Shown here: positions 49,076 to 57,562 of the stretch, one piece after another
How the letters are laid out: each line of letters starts with the position of its first letter
How positions within the stretch are numbered: the stretch's first letter is position 1
NCBI GenBank assembly: GCA_963704355.1
Contig: OY969891.1
Span: 495,475 to 559,474 of the forward strand
Length of the DNA: 64,000 bases
Direction of reading: 5' to 3'
Source: an uncultured Acidimicrobiaceae bacterium
GTDB lineage: Bacteria; Actinomycetota; Acidimicrobiia; Acidimicrobiales; RAAP-2
Program-made: the position numbers and the translations under genes
The notes under the pieces: generated by a model
Told to the model about the DNA's origin: nothing
Databases searched by the model: none
The model's input: the letters and a program-made list of their open reading frames with translations, nothing else

Positions 49076-50009
49076 GGGCCTCAGCGCCCTGATTCCGAGC
49101 GAAGCCGTCGGGGAGTCCGACTCCCTGCTCCGGGTGGTGCCGATCTCGCACATCCGACCCAACTCGTTCCAGCCCCGCAGCCACTTCGACGACGAGTCGA
49201 TGGCCGCCCTGGCCGCGTCCATCAAGGCGGTGGGCCTGCTTCAGCCGGTCTTGGTGCGGGAGATCCACGACGAGAACGAGTCCTATGAGCTGATCGCGGG
49301 GGAGCGACGCTGGCGGGCGGCCCGGCGGGCCGGGCTCCAGACGATCCCGGTCCTCGTGCAGGTGGCCGACGACGTGGCCAGCCTCGAGCAGGCCCTGGTC
49401 GAGAACCTCCACCGGGTCGACCTCAACGCCCTCGAGGAGGCCGCGGCCTACCAGCAACTGATCGACGAGTTCGGCTTGACCCATGAGCAGGTGGCCAGCC
49501 GCATGGGCAAGGGCCGGGCGACCATCACCAACACACTGCGCTTGTTGCAGCTGCCCGCGGGCGCCCAGCAGGCGTTGGCGGAGCGCACCATCTCGGCCGG
49601 CCATGCCCGGGCCCTGCTCGGCACCCCGGACCGGGCGCTCCAGGAGAAGCTGGTCGAGCGGATCGTGGACGAGGGCCTGACCGTGCGCGCCGTGGAGGAT
49701 CTCGTACGGGGCGGTGGTTCGGAGCTCCACGTCGTCCCCGAGCCGGGCGGCGAGCCGGCCGCCGCTCAGACCCCTCCCGAAAAGGGTACGACCAAAGGTA
49801 CGACCGAGCCGGCGGCCCGCCGGCCGGCCGAGCGCAAGCTGCCCGAGCCCGGCGTCCTCGAGCTCGAGGAGCTGCTGTCGACCTACCTCAACACCAGGGT
49901 CAAGGTCGACATCCAGAACCGCAGGGGGCGCCTGATGGTCGAGTTCGCCACGCTCGAGGATCTCGAGCGCATCTACCGCGCCATGGTCGGTGACGCAGGC
50001 GTCGCATAG
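49050..50009 (+). CDS. parB: chromosome partitioning protein ParB/Spo0J
   Basis: MARRSGLGKGLSALI, the arginine patch LIAGERRWRAARRAGL and HTH LTHEQVASRMGKGRATITNTLRLL. Confidence 0.95.
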   Translation: MARRSGLGKGLSALIPSEAVGESDSLLRVVPISHIRPNSFQPRSHFDDESMAALAASIKAVGLLQPVLVREIHDENESYELIAGERRWRAARRAGLQTIPVLVQVADDVASLEQALVENLHRVDLNALEEAAAYQQLIDEFGLTHEQVASRMGKGRATITNTLRLLQLPAGAQQALAERTISAGHARALLGTPDRALQEKLVERIVDEGLTVRAVEDLVRGGGSELHVVPEPGGEPAAAQTPPEKGTTKGTTEPAARRPAERKLPEPGVLELEELLSTYLNTRVKVDIQNRRGRLMVEFATLEDLERIYRAMVGDAGVA

Positions 50010-50171
50010 TTCGCGTAACTGTCAAGGGTCGGTTCAGCTTCATCCACAACCTGTGCATGATGTTGTGGATTGTCACGTCGGTCACGTGCCCGAAGGTTTG
50101 ATCACAGAACCGTCGCCTGGGGCACCGGGATTTCAAACGCCAGTGGCACGCTGACGCATAATTACTGGTAA

Positions 50172-51110
50172 TCAGTCCCAGGAAGCGTCGGCCCAGTACC
50201 CGAGAGCGACCGAGAGGGCGGCCGCCAACGCCGGTGCCTGCTCGACGACCGTGCTGGCCGGGCCAACCTCGACGAGCACCGCAGGCATGCGCGTCTCGCG
50301 CAGGATGGGCACCGACATGCCGTGGACACCGCCGTCGGTGACACCGAGCGCTCCGGGCACAGTGCCCTGCACGAGCTCGGCCAGCCGGCGCCCGCCGGGG
50401 GATTCGTCGTGGGCGCCGGACCAGAACGCCGTCCGGCACGCCGAGGCCGACGGGTTGAGGCGCAGCCCGACGAAGACGTCGACGCCGAGCTCGTTGGCCT
50501 CCTTGGCCTGGACGCTGGCGTCGGGGTGGTGCAGCTCGCTGACCCGGGTCCCGGCCAGGGTCAGGCGCCGGCGCAGGGCGCCCGTGACGCTGCCCAGCCC
50601 GCCGCTCTCGCCGACGGCGACGTGACGCCCCCGCAAGGTCGGGGGGGCGTCACGCAGGGCGGCCCGCTCACGCACCGAGGACACCGGCCGCGGGTCGCGG
50701 TGGCGGCTCTCGAGGCGCAGCAGCTCACGCAGCGTCGCCCCGCCGACGATGCCGTCGACGGGCACGCCGGCGTTGCGTTGGAATTCGCCCAGCGCCCTGG
50801 TGGTGGCGTCCCCGAAGATCCCGTCGACCCGTGTCGTGTCGAAGCCCAACGTGCAGAGGCGCTGTTGGAGCTCGGCGACGTCGTCACCTCGCAGCATGGG
50901 GGTCCGGCGGTACAAGAAGCGGTCGCCGAGCCGAAAACCGGCTTCCACCAGGGTGTTCCAAGTCTGGGCGCCACACACCCCGTCGACCCGGAGCCCGCGC
51001 AGGCGCTGGAAGGCCTGCACGGCGGCACGGGTGGCGAGGCCGAAGATGCCGTCGGCGTCGACGGGCGCGCCCGGGAGGATAGCGGTGAGGCGGTGTTGGA
51101 CGTCGGACAC
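50172..51110 (-). CDS. cwlM: CwlM-like protein: two PG_binding_1 domains plus an amidase_3 domain, no signal peptide (true start uncertain, may lie at ~51140)
   Basis: Two PG_binding_1-like repeats (DGIFGLATRAAVQAFQRLRGLRVDGVCGAQTW and DGIFGDATTRALGEFQRNAGVPVDGIVGGATL), then an amidase_3-like region (GVDVFVGLRLN.., ILRETRMPAVLVEVG). Sits next to trxA-trxB as in mycobacteria. Confidence 0.75.
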   Translation of the reverse strand: MSDVQHRLTAILPGAPVDADGIFGLATRAAVQAFQRLRGLRVDGVCGAQTWNTLVEAGFRLGDRFLYRRTPMLRGDDVAELQQRLCTLGFDTTRVDGIFGDATTRALGEFQRNAGVPVDGIVGGATLRELLRLESRHRDPRPVSSVRERAALRDAPPTLRGRHVAVGESGGLGSVTGALRRRLTLAGTRVSELHHPDASVQAKEANELGVDVFVGLRLNPSASACRTAFWSGAHDESPGGRRLAELVQGTVPGALGVTDGGVHGMSVPILRETRMPAVLVEVGPASTVVEQAPALAAALSVALGYWADASWD

Positions 51111-51145
51111 CGCGGGGCCGCGGTCTCCGATGGCAAGCGGCAGGC

Positions 51146-51475
51146 CTACAGGTAGGCCGAGATCTCCTCGAGCAGCGCGCCCTTGGGCTTCGCCCCGATC
51201 AGGCGTACCGCGGGCTCGCCGTCCTTGAACAGGATCAGCGTCGGGATGCTCATCACGTCGAAGCGGCGCGTCACGTCCAGGTTGTCGTCGATGTTCAGCT
51301 TCGCGATCCGGACCTTGCCCGCCTGCTCCTCGGCGATCTCCTCGAGGACCGGGGCGATCATCTTGCATGGGCCACACCACTCGGCCCAGAAGTCCACCAG
51401 GACGGGGACGTCAGAACTTTTGACATTCTCGTCAAACGTAGCGTCGGTGAGGGTCTCGATCTTCTCGCTCATCAC
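51146..51475 (-). CDS. trxA: thioredoxin
   Basis: WCGPC active site (DFWAEWCGPCKMIAP). 109 aa. Confidence 0.95.
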   Translation of the reverse strand: MMSEKIETLTDATFDENVKSSDVPVLVDFWAEWCGPCKMIAPVLEEIAEEQAGKVRIAKLNIDDNLDVTRRFDVMSIPTLILFKDGEPAVRLIGAKPKGALLEEISAYL

Positions 51476-51521
51476 ATCTCCTTGTCAGCGGGTGTAACGC
51501 CGGGTGACCTGGTTCTGTTCC

Positions 51522-52484
51522 CTACTCGCCTCTCATTTCGAGCCAGCGCTCGGCGTCGATGGCCGCCATGCAGCCCGAACCGGCCGAGGTCACGGCCTGG
51601 CGGTAGTAGTGGTCCTGCACGTCGCCACACGCAAAGACGCCGTCCACGCTGGTGCGCGTGGTGCCGTCGAGCGTCTTGACGTACCCGTTTTGGTCGAGCT
51701 CGAGCTGACCCTTCACGAGGACGGTGTTGGGCTCATGGCCGATGGCGACGAAGAGGCCGGTGGCGTCGAGCTCCGACTCCGCGCCCGTGACCGTGTCGCG
51801 AAGGCGGAGACCGCTCACCTTGGTGTCCCCGCACACGTCGGCGACCACCGAGTTCCACTTGAACTCGATCTTCTCGTTGGCGTAGGCCCGCTTCTGCAGG
51901 ATCTTGGAGGCCCGCAGCTCGTCGCGCCGGACGATGACGCTGACCTTGGAGCCGAACCTGGCCAAGAAGATCGCCTCCTCCATGGCCGAGTCCCCACCGC
52001 CGACCACTGCGATGTGCTGCTCCCGGAAGAAGAAACCGTCACAGGTGGCGCAGGTCGAGACCCCGTAGCCGAGCAGGCGTTCCTCGTTGGAGACGCCGAG
52101 CATGAGGGAGCGGGCGCCGGTGGCGACAATGAGCACGTCCGCGACCACCGTCGGCTCGTCGGCGCCAGGGTCGCCCACCCAGACCTCGAAGGGCCAGGGG
52201 GTCAGGTCGACACGGCTCACCTTGGCGGTGCGGATCTCGGCCTCGAAGCGGAGCGCCTGGGCGCGCATGATGCCCATGAGCTCGGGGCCCATGATCCCGT
52301 CGACGAAGCCCGGGTAGTTCTCGACGTCGGTGGTCAGCATCAGCTGGCCGCCCGGTTGGTCACTCGTCGACGACGGCTCCCCCTCTATGACCAGGGGCTG
52401 GAGCTGGGCCCGCGCGGTGTAGAGGGCGGCCGTCAGCCCGGCCGGCCCGCTTCCGATGATGACGACCTCGCGACGCTCAGGCAT
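51522..52484 (-). CDS. trxB: thioredoxin-disulfide reductase
   Basis: FAD motif [14 protein letters not shown], redox CATCDG and NADPH motif [12 protein letters not shown]. Confidence 0.95.
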   Translation of the reverse strand: MPERREVVIIGSGPAGLTAALYTARAQLQPLVIEGEPSSTSDQPGGQLMLTTDVENYPGFVDGIMGPELMGIMRAQALRFEAEIRTAKVSRVDLTPWPFEVWVGDPGADEPTVVADVLIVATGARSLMLGVSNEERLLGYGVSTCATCDGFFFREQHIAVVGGGDSAMEEAIFLARFGSKVSVIVRRDELRASKILQKRAYANEKIEFKWNSVVADVCGDTKVSGLRLRDTVTGAESELDATGLFVAIGHEPNTVLVKGQLELDQNGYVKTLDGTTRTSVDGVFACGDVQDHYYRQAVTSAGSGCMAAIDAERWLEMRGE

Positions 52485-52779
52485 CGGGGGGGAGGCCGCG
52501 GCGCGCGTAGAGCACGGCGCCGACGGCGCTGAAGATCAGCCCGAGGACGATGTACGAGGCCCAGATGCGGTGGCCGGCGATGGTCGTCAGCCGGATGAAG
52601 CCGATGCAGAACATGACGATGACGGTAAGGCCGACCACGGCGATGATGACGCCGAAGACGACGCTGCGGGCGGCCACGATGGCCGGCCGCACGGCGCGGT
52701 CGTTGACAGTCGCCACCACCGTGTCGATGGTGTCGAGGGCACGGGTGGACAGTGCGTCCCCGATGTCGTTCTCAGCCAC
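52477..52779 (-). CDS. small membrane protein (100 aa, two predicted TM helices), hypothetical
   Basis: Hydrophobic stretches [23 protein letters not shown] and [18 protein letters not shown]. Its stop overlaps the trxB start by 8 nt, suggesting co-translation with trxB. Confidence 0.55.
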   Translation of the reverse strand: MAENDIGDALSTRALDTIDTVVATVNDRAVRPAIVAARSVVFGVIIAVVGLTVIVMFCIGFIRLTTIAGHRIWASYIVLGLIFSAVGAVLYARRGLPPDA

Positions 52780-52788
52780 GGCGTGAGA

Positions 52789-53649
52789 CTACCCGGCGGT
52801 CCCGGCCGTCCTGGCTGGGACGATGTAGCAGACGCCCACGGTGTTGGGCCCGGCGTGGGTGCCGACCACCGGGCCCAGGTCGACCGAGAAGATCGGATGC
52901 TCGGTGGCGATGTCCTGGAGGCTCGTCATGACCTCGGCGAAGTCGTCGCAGGCGCCGTCCGCCACGGCGATGCGCTCGACCGGCGCGTCCGCCCTGACCT
53001 TTTCGGTCAGGTAGGCGAGCGCCCGGGCCCGGGTGCGCTGCTTGGACTCCTCGGCCACCTCGCCGTCCTTGAGCTGGATCACCGGCTTGATGTTGAGGAG
53101 CGACCCGACGAGGGCACGGGCCCCGCCGATCCGCCCGCCGCGCTGCAGGTGTTCCAGCCCGCCCAGGACCCCGTAGATACGAGTCCGCCCGATGCGATCC
53201 CGGGTGGCAGCGACGAGATCGTCCAGTCCCGAGCCGCTGGCGGCCTCCTCGGCGGCGGCGATGACGAGCAGGCCCTGCCCCATGGTCAAGGAGTACGTGT
53301 CGATGACCTGTACCGGCTTGGCGTCGAAGGTCTCGGCCGCCGTACGGGCCGAGTCGTAGGTGCCCGACACCTTCGAGGAGATGGTGAGGCAGAGGACGGC
53401 GTCGGCGCCGTCGTCGACGGCGTGTTGGTACGCCGCCTGGAAGGCGCCCGGGGACGGTGCGGAGGTTTCGGGCAGGGCGCCCTTGCCCCGGCAGCGCTCC
53501 CAGAACTCGGTCGGGGTCAGCTGGCGCCGGTCTTCGAACTCGGCGTCGCCGAAGCGGATGGTCAGCGGGACGACCGTGACGTTGTGCTCCTTGACGAGCT
53601 GGTCGGTGAGGTCGCACGCGCTGTCGGTGACGATGCGGACGCCGGGCAT
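52789..53649 (-). CDS. DegV-family fatty-acid-binding protein
   Basis: ATG at 53649 (MPGVRIVTDSACDL). PETSAPSPGAF and ISSKVSGTY are typical DegV motifs. 286 aa, in frame in ORF 52789..54495. Confidence 0.85.
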   Translation of the reverse strand: MPGVRIVTDSACDLTDQLVKEHNVTVVPLTIRFGDAEFEDRRQLTPTEFWERCRGKGALPETSAPSPGAFQAAYQHAVDDGADAVLCLTISSKVSGTYDSARTAAETFDAKPVQVIDTYSLTMGQGLLVIAAAEEAASGSGLDDLVAATRDRIGRTRIYGVLGGLEHLQRGGRIGGARALVGSLLNIKPVIQLKDGEVAEESKQRTRARALAYLTEKVRADAPVERIAVADGACDDFAEVMTSLQDIATEHPIFSVDLGPVVGTHAGPNTVGVCYIVPARTAGTAG

Positions 53650-53723
53650 GGGATCGAGTCTGCCACGGATGGGACGGGCGTCAGCAGGTTGAAACCGGCG
53701 TGACGGGGAGGTTGGGCGTCGGG

Positions 53724-55469
53724 TCAGGCCGGTCGGGGCGAGATACGGGCGACGCCGAGGGGACGAGGCGGGCCGACGGTCCGGGTCGGGCCGACGCGGC
53801 GGGTCGGCCCGGGTGGGTTCGGCGGCGCAGGCGGAGGCGGGGGAGGAGGTGATGGCGGCCGCCGCCGCCGGGCGTCGTGGAGCCTGCCCAGCCAGATCAC
53901 GACGGCGGCGAAGGTGGCGCCGCCGGCGATCACCGCGCCGCCGACACGGGCGAGCAGTGCGGCCACGCTGGTCGAGGCCGAGAGGTTCGAGACGATGAGG
54001 ACCACGACGGCCATCGGGACGGACGCGATGATCACCCGCCACAACGGGGCCCACGTCTCCGCCGGGGCCAGCCGGCCGAACCACTGGTGGAAGACGCCCA
54101 GGGCGAGGAGCGCGGCCACGGTGTAGGCGATCGAGAGCGAGAGCGCCAGGCCGCGGACGCCGAGCGGGTGGACGAGCGCGAGGGCGAGGACGATGTTGAG
54201 ACCGTTCTCGACGAGGTAGAGGTAGAAGGCCACTTTCGTCCGCTGCATCGTCTGGAGCACCCGGACGAAATAGAGATAGGCGCAGAAGCCGGGCAGTCCG
54301 AGGGCGAACAGGGCCAAGGCCGCGCCGGTCGTCGCGGTCTGGGCCGGCGTGCTGTGGCCGATGCCGAGCAGCAGGGCGACGGCGGGCTTGGCGAGCAGCA
54401 GCATCCCGACTGCGGAGGGGATGACGAGGGCGAGCACGGCCCGGAGGCCGCCGGTCATCCGGTGCAAGAACGCGTCCCTCCGGCCGGTCGACCACTTCTC
54501 CGCCAGGTCGGGAGCGACGACCGACATGACGGTGACCGCGATCACCCCGTAGGGGAGCTGGAAGAACGCGTAGGCATACGTATAGGACGACACCGGGTCG
54601 GGTCCTGGCACCTCGCCGGCCAGCACGGTGACGACGAAGAGCGCGATCTGGTTGGCCACGACGAAGCCGAACGTCCAGGCGCCGAGCCGGGCGACCGCAG
54701 CCAGCGCCTCGTCATGGAGGTCCCAGCGCCAGCGCAACCGGCGGAGGTTGGCCTGGCGCAGGCTCGGGATCAGCGCAACGCCCTGGAGCACCACGCCGAG
54801 CGAGGTCCCCAGGCCCAGCAGGACGAGCTGCGCCCGGTGCTGCTCGACGCTGGCGAGCGAGGCAGAGTGTCCGGCCCACAGCCCGAACCAGATGAGGATC
54901 GTGATGCAGACGACGTTGTTGACGATGGGAGCCCACGCCACGGCGACGAAGCGGCGGCGGGTGTTGAGCAAGGCGGCGCCGAGCGCGAACAGGCCGTAGG
55001 CCGCGATCTGGATGACGAACCACCGCAGGAACGTCGTGGCGACCTCCCGCTCGAGGAGCACCCGGTGGATCTGGTTCGGGTGGGCGTGCGTGTCGAGAGC
55101 GGTCAGGGCGTCGATCAGGTAGGGCGCCGCCAGGAGCGCCGCCACCGTCGTGGTGAGGAGGACGACGACCGACACGGTCAGGACGGCCGAGATCGACTCG
55201 AAGGCCTCCTCCTCGGAACGGTTGGCCAGACGTTCGACAAAGACGGGGATGAAGGTGGCGGAGAGCACGCCGCCCAGCACGACGTCGTAGAGCATGTTGG
55301 GCGTCGTGTTGGCGAGGTTGTAGGAGTCGGCCAGCGGCGTCTGCCCCAGCGCCCAGGCGAGGGCAACGAAGCGCAGCAGGCCGGTGACCCTCGACATGCC
55401 GGTGCCGACGGAGACGTAGACCGCAGCGGTCCGCAGCGGGAGGGTGCGAGCGCGGCGGGGGGAGGCCAC
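53724..55469 (-). CDS. murJ: lipid II flippase MurJ (MviN), short form with Pro-rich C-terminal tail
   Basis: The proposed GTG at 55469 follows, after 2 nt, the restored stop of the upstream gene. SRVTGLLRFVALAWALG, ADSYNLANTTPNMLYDVVLGGVLSATFIPVF and ~14 TM helices. Confidence 0.85.
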   Translation of the reverse strand: MASPRRARTLPLRTAAVYVSVGTGMSRVTGLLRFVALAWALGQTPLADSYNLANTTPNMLYDVVLGGVLSATFIPVFVERLANRSEEEAFESISAVLTVSVVVLLTTTVAALLAAPYLIDALTALDTHAHPNQIHRVLLEREVATTFLRWFVIQIAAYGLFALGAALLNTRRRFVAVAWAPIVNNVVCITILIWFGLWAGHSASLASVEQHRAQLVLLGLGTSLGVVLQGVALIPSLRQANLRRLRWRWDLHDEALAAVARLGAWTFGFVVANQIALFVVTVLAGEVPGPDPVSSYTYAYAFFQLPYGVIAVTVMSVVAPDLAEKWSTGRRDAFLHRMTGGLRAVLALVIPSAVGMLLLAKPAVALLLGIGHSTPAQTATTGAALALFALGLPGFCAYLYFVRVLQTMQRTKVAFYLYLVENGLNIVLALALVHPLGVRGLALSLSIAYTVAALLALGVFHQWFGRLAPAETWAPLWRVIIASVPMAVVVLIVSNLSASTSVAALLARVGGAVIAGGATFAAVVIWLGRLHDARRRRPPSPPPPPPPAPPNPPGPTRRVGPTRTVGPPRPLGVARISPRPA

Positions 55470-55554
55470 GGTCAGTGGGCCCGGGGGCGGTGGCGGCGCG
55501 AGCGCCGCCACGTGCGCGCCCACCAGGCCAGGAGGACGGCACCGGCCAGGATGG

Positions 55555-57528
55555 TCAGGGCGATCCCGACAAACGAGATGGCCGTCGAGTGGACCGTGAG
55601 CACGGTGCGGCGAGGACCAGCTGCCCGTTCGCGGTGTGCAGGGTGACGTCGATGGGCAGGCGGTCACCCGACGTCCGGGCCTGGGCGGTCACCCGCACCG
55701 AGGTGGTCGGGTGGTAGAGCGTGAACGACTGCGTGTTGCCGTCGGGGAACGTGAACTTGTCGCTCGAGAGGGTCACGAGGACCCGCACCGGATACGGCGC
55801 CGCCGACAGCACGGTGATCGGGATGGACGCCTGTCGCGCCGTGAACGTCACGGTCCGTTCGGTGGCGAGGGTGATCTTTCCGGTCTGGCCGGAGAAGGCG
55901 CGCTCGTAGACGTTCAGGGCGGCCGCCCGATGGGTCGGGCTCAGTCCCTTGGCCTCCGTCGCCAACAAGAGGTCCGACAGCGACGTGAGCTCCGGCGGCG
56001 GGCGCCCCATGATGGCCTTGGCGTAGGACGAGAGCTGTTGGCGGGCCAGCGCGATCCGGTCGGCGGCGCTGTGCGAGACGCCACGGCTGGCCGCGCCCGA
56101 TTGCAGCTGGCGCGAGTCGGGCTCGCGGTTGCCCCCGACCGGGACCTGCGCGTAGAGCTGGCTCAGCGTCACCGCCGTCAGTGCCGGGTTGCCGCTCAAG
56201 CCCCCGAGCAGCGTCTCGAGGAACGGCCCGGACACCGTCCACCTCGGGGTGGGCGTGACGACGACTCCGCGCGGCTCGGCGAGGAACGCGTTCTCGAAGT
56301 GCACGAACGACAGCCCGGCGAGGAGCTGCTCCGCGTCGAGCACCGGGTTGGCCGGATTGGCCGTGAAGCGGGAGCTCAAGGTGGAGTCGGACGCGACGGC
56401 GGTGACCGTCGTGCCGTGACCGAGGTCGAGGTTGAAGGGCTGGGCGAAGGTGTAGTTGCTCAGCCCGCCGTTGGACAGGTCATTGTCGTTGAGGACGAGC
56501 TGCGACGCCCCGGCCTTGTTCATGCCTGTCGCCAGCCCGTTGGCGTCGCCCTGGGAGAACGAAGAGCTCGTGTCGACCCAGGCCCCGCCGGACGGGCGCA
56601 GGCCCGCCGCCCGCAAGAGCGCGTCCCCCCGCGCCACCTGAGTGCCGATCTCGCCCGAGATCCCCGCCTCGGAGAGCGCCGCGACGTTGATCGGCACGTA
56701 TGGCTCGCTGAGCACCTCTTCGGCGTCGAGCGTGGCGAGCTCCTGGAGGGCGTGCACGCCGTCCCGGGACTGGGTCTGGGCGATCCGGTCGACGGCAGCG
56801 GGGCTCACCGCCAGTGTCGTGGGCACGTCGCGGTGGTCCGACAGCGCCGTCGCCACGGTCTCGGTGCCGTTCGTCCCGACCGGGACGACCACGCCGACAC
56901 GCAACGCGCCGCCCTCGCCGACCGCACTCGGCTCTTCATACGTGAGGAACGTGGTGAAGCGCGCGATGGGCGAGCTCGTCCCCTGGCGCTCGAGCGCGAC
57001 GTTGACCGGGTAGACATCGCCGCAGCGACCGGTCAGCGGCGTGCAGCCGAGATCAAGGGTGGGGCCACCGGGCGCGCAGACCCCCGGACCGGTCGCCGGC
57101 GGGGTGACGCTGTCGTCGGGCAGGACGGTCACGCAAATGGACGCGCCCAAGCCGGTGGTCCCCGCGGTGACCGGGATGTCGTTCAGGTGCAGCAGCGCGT
57201 CGCTCGTCGGGGTGCCGTTGATCGACTGCTGCAACTGCGAGCCGCTGTCCATGCGCCCGTAGAACGTGACGCTCACGTGCAGCTCGGACGCCGGGCCCGC
57301 ACGGGGGCCGACGGCAAAGGAGGCGTTGAACCAGGGCTGGGTCGCCATGACCCAGGGCGTCTGGCTCACCAAGGCGAGCGGGGGCGCGTCGGGGGACGAG
57401 GCGCGCGCGGCCGCCGCCCGATGGCCGGAATGTCCGGGGGCGGTGGCGGCAGCCGGAACGGTGCCCAGGAGAAGGGATAGAGCCACGGCGAGCGTGCAGA
57501 GGGCAGTCTTGGCCCAGCGCATCGGCAC
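55555..57528 (-). CDS. DUF6049-like secreted protein (Rv3909-position homologue); C-terminal TM anchor encoded in another frame down to 55472
   Basis: Signal peptide MPMRWAKTALCTLAVALSLLLGTVPAAATA. Large Ala/Thr/Leu-rich ectodomain. Conserved position upstream of murJ; see the frameshift finding. Confidence 0.65.
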   Translation of the reverse strand: MPMRWAKTALCTLAVALSLLLGTVPAAATAPGHSGHRAAAARASSPDAPPLALVSQTPWVMATQPWFNASFAVGPRAGPASELHVSVTFYGRMDSGSQLQQSINGTPTSDALLHLNDIPVTAGTTGLGASICVTVLPDDSVTPPATGPGVCAPGGPTLDLGCTPLTGRCGDVYPVNVALERQGTSSPIARFTTFLTYEEPSAVGEGGALRVGVVVPVGTNGTETVATALSDHRDVPTTLAVSPAAVDRIAQTQSRDGVHALQELATLDAEEVLSEPYVPINVAALSEAGISGEIGTQVARGDALLRAAGLRPSGGAWVDTSSSFSQGDANGLATGMNKAGASQLVLNDNDLSNGGLSNYTFAQPFNLDLGHGTTVTAVASDSTLSSRFTANPANPVLDAEQLLAGLSFVHFENAFLAEPRGVVVTPTPRWTVSGPFLETLLGGLSGNPALTAVTLSQLYAQVPVGGNREPDSRQLQSGAASRGVSHSAADRIALARQQLSSYAKAIMGRPPPELTSLSDLLLATEAKGLSPTHRAAALNVYERAFSGQTGKITLATERTVTFTARQASIPITVLSAAPYPVRVLVTLSSDKFTFPDGNTQSFTLYHPTTSVRVTAQARTSGDRLPIDVTLHTANGQLVLAAPCSRSTRRPSRLSGSP

Positions 57529-57562
57529 AGGGAGAGGCTAGAGGGCGCACTACCGTGGGCGG

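Noticed and set aside
51111-51380. Upstream ATG starts (51380/51368) for the CwlM-like ORF
   Set aside because: They would overlap nearly all of trxA in another frame, and the encoded extension (MVWPMQDDRPGPRGDRRGAGG..) is shadow-like.
53877-57480. Long + strand ORFs (53877..55646 and 55636..57480), plus the - strand ORFs 57053..58786 and 12684..14354/14385..16223 + elsewhere
   Set aside because: All are antisense or off-frame relative to genes with clear family motifs (murJ, DUF6049-like, cca, mmsA, MFS). Their translations are Arg/Gly/Asp/His-rich filler.
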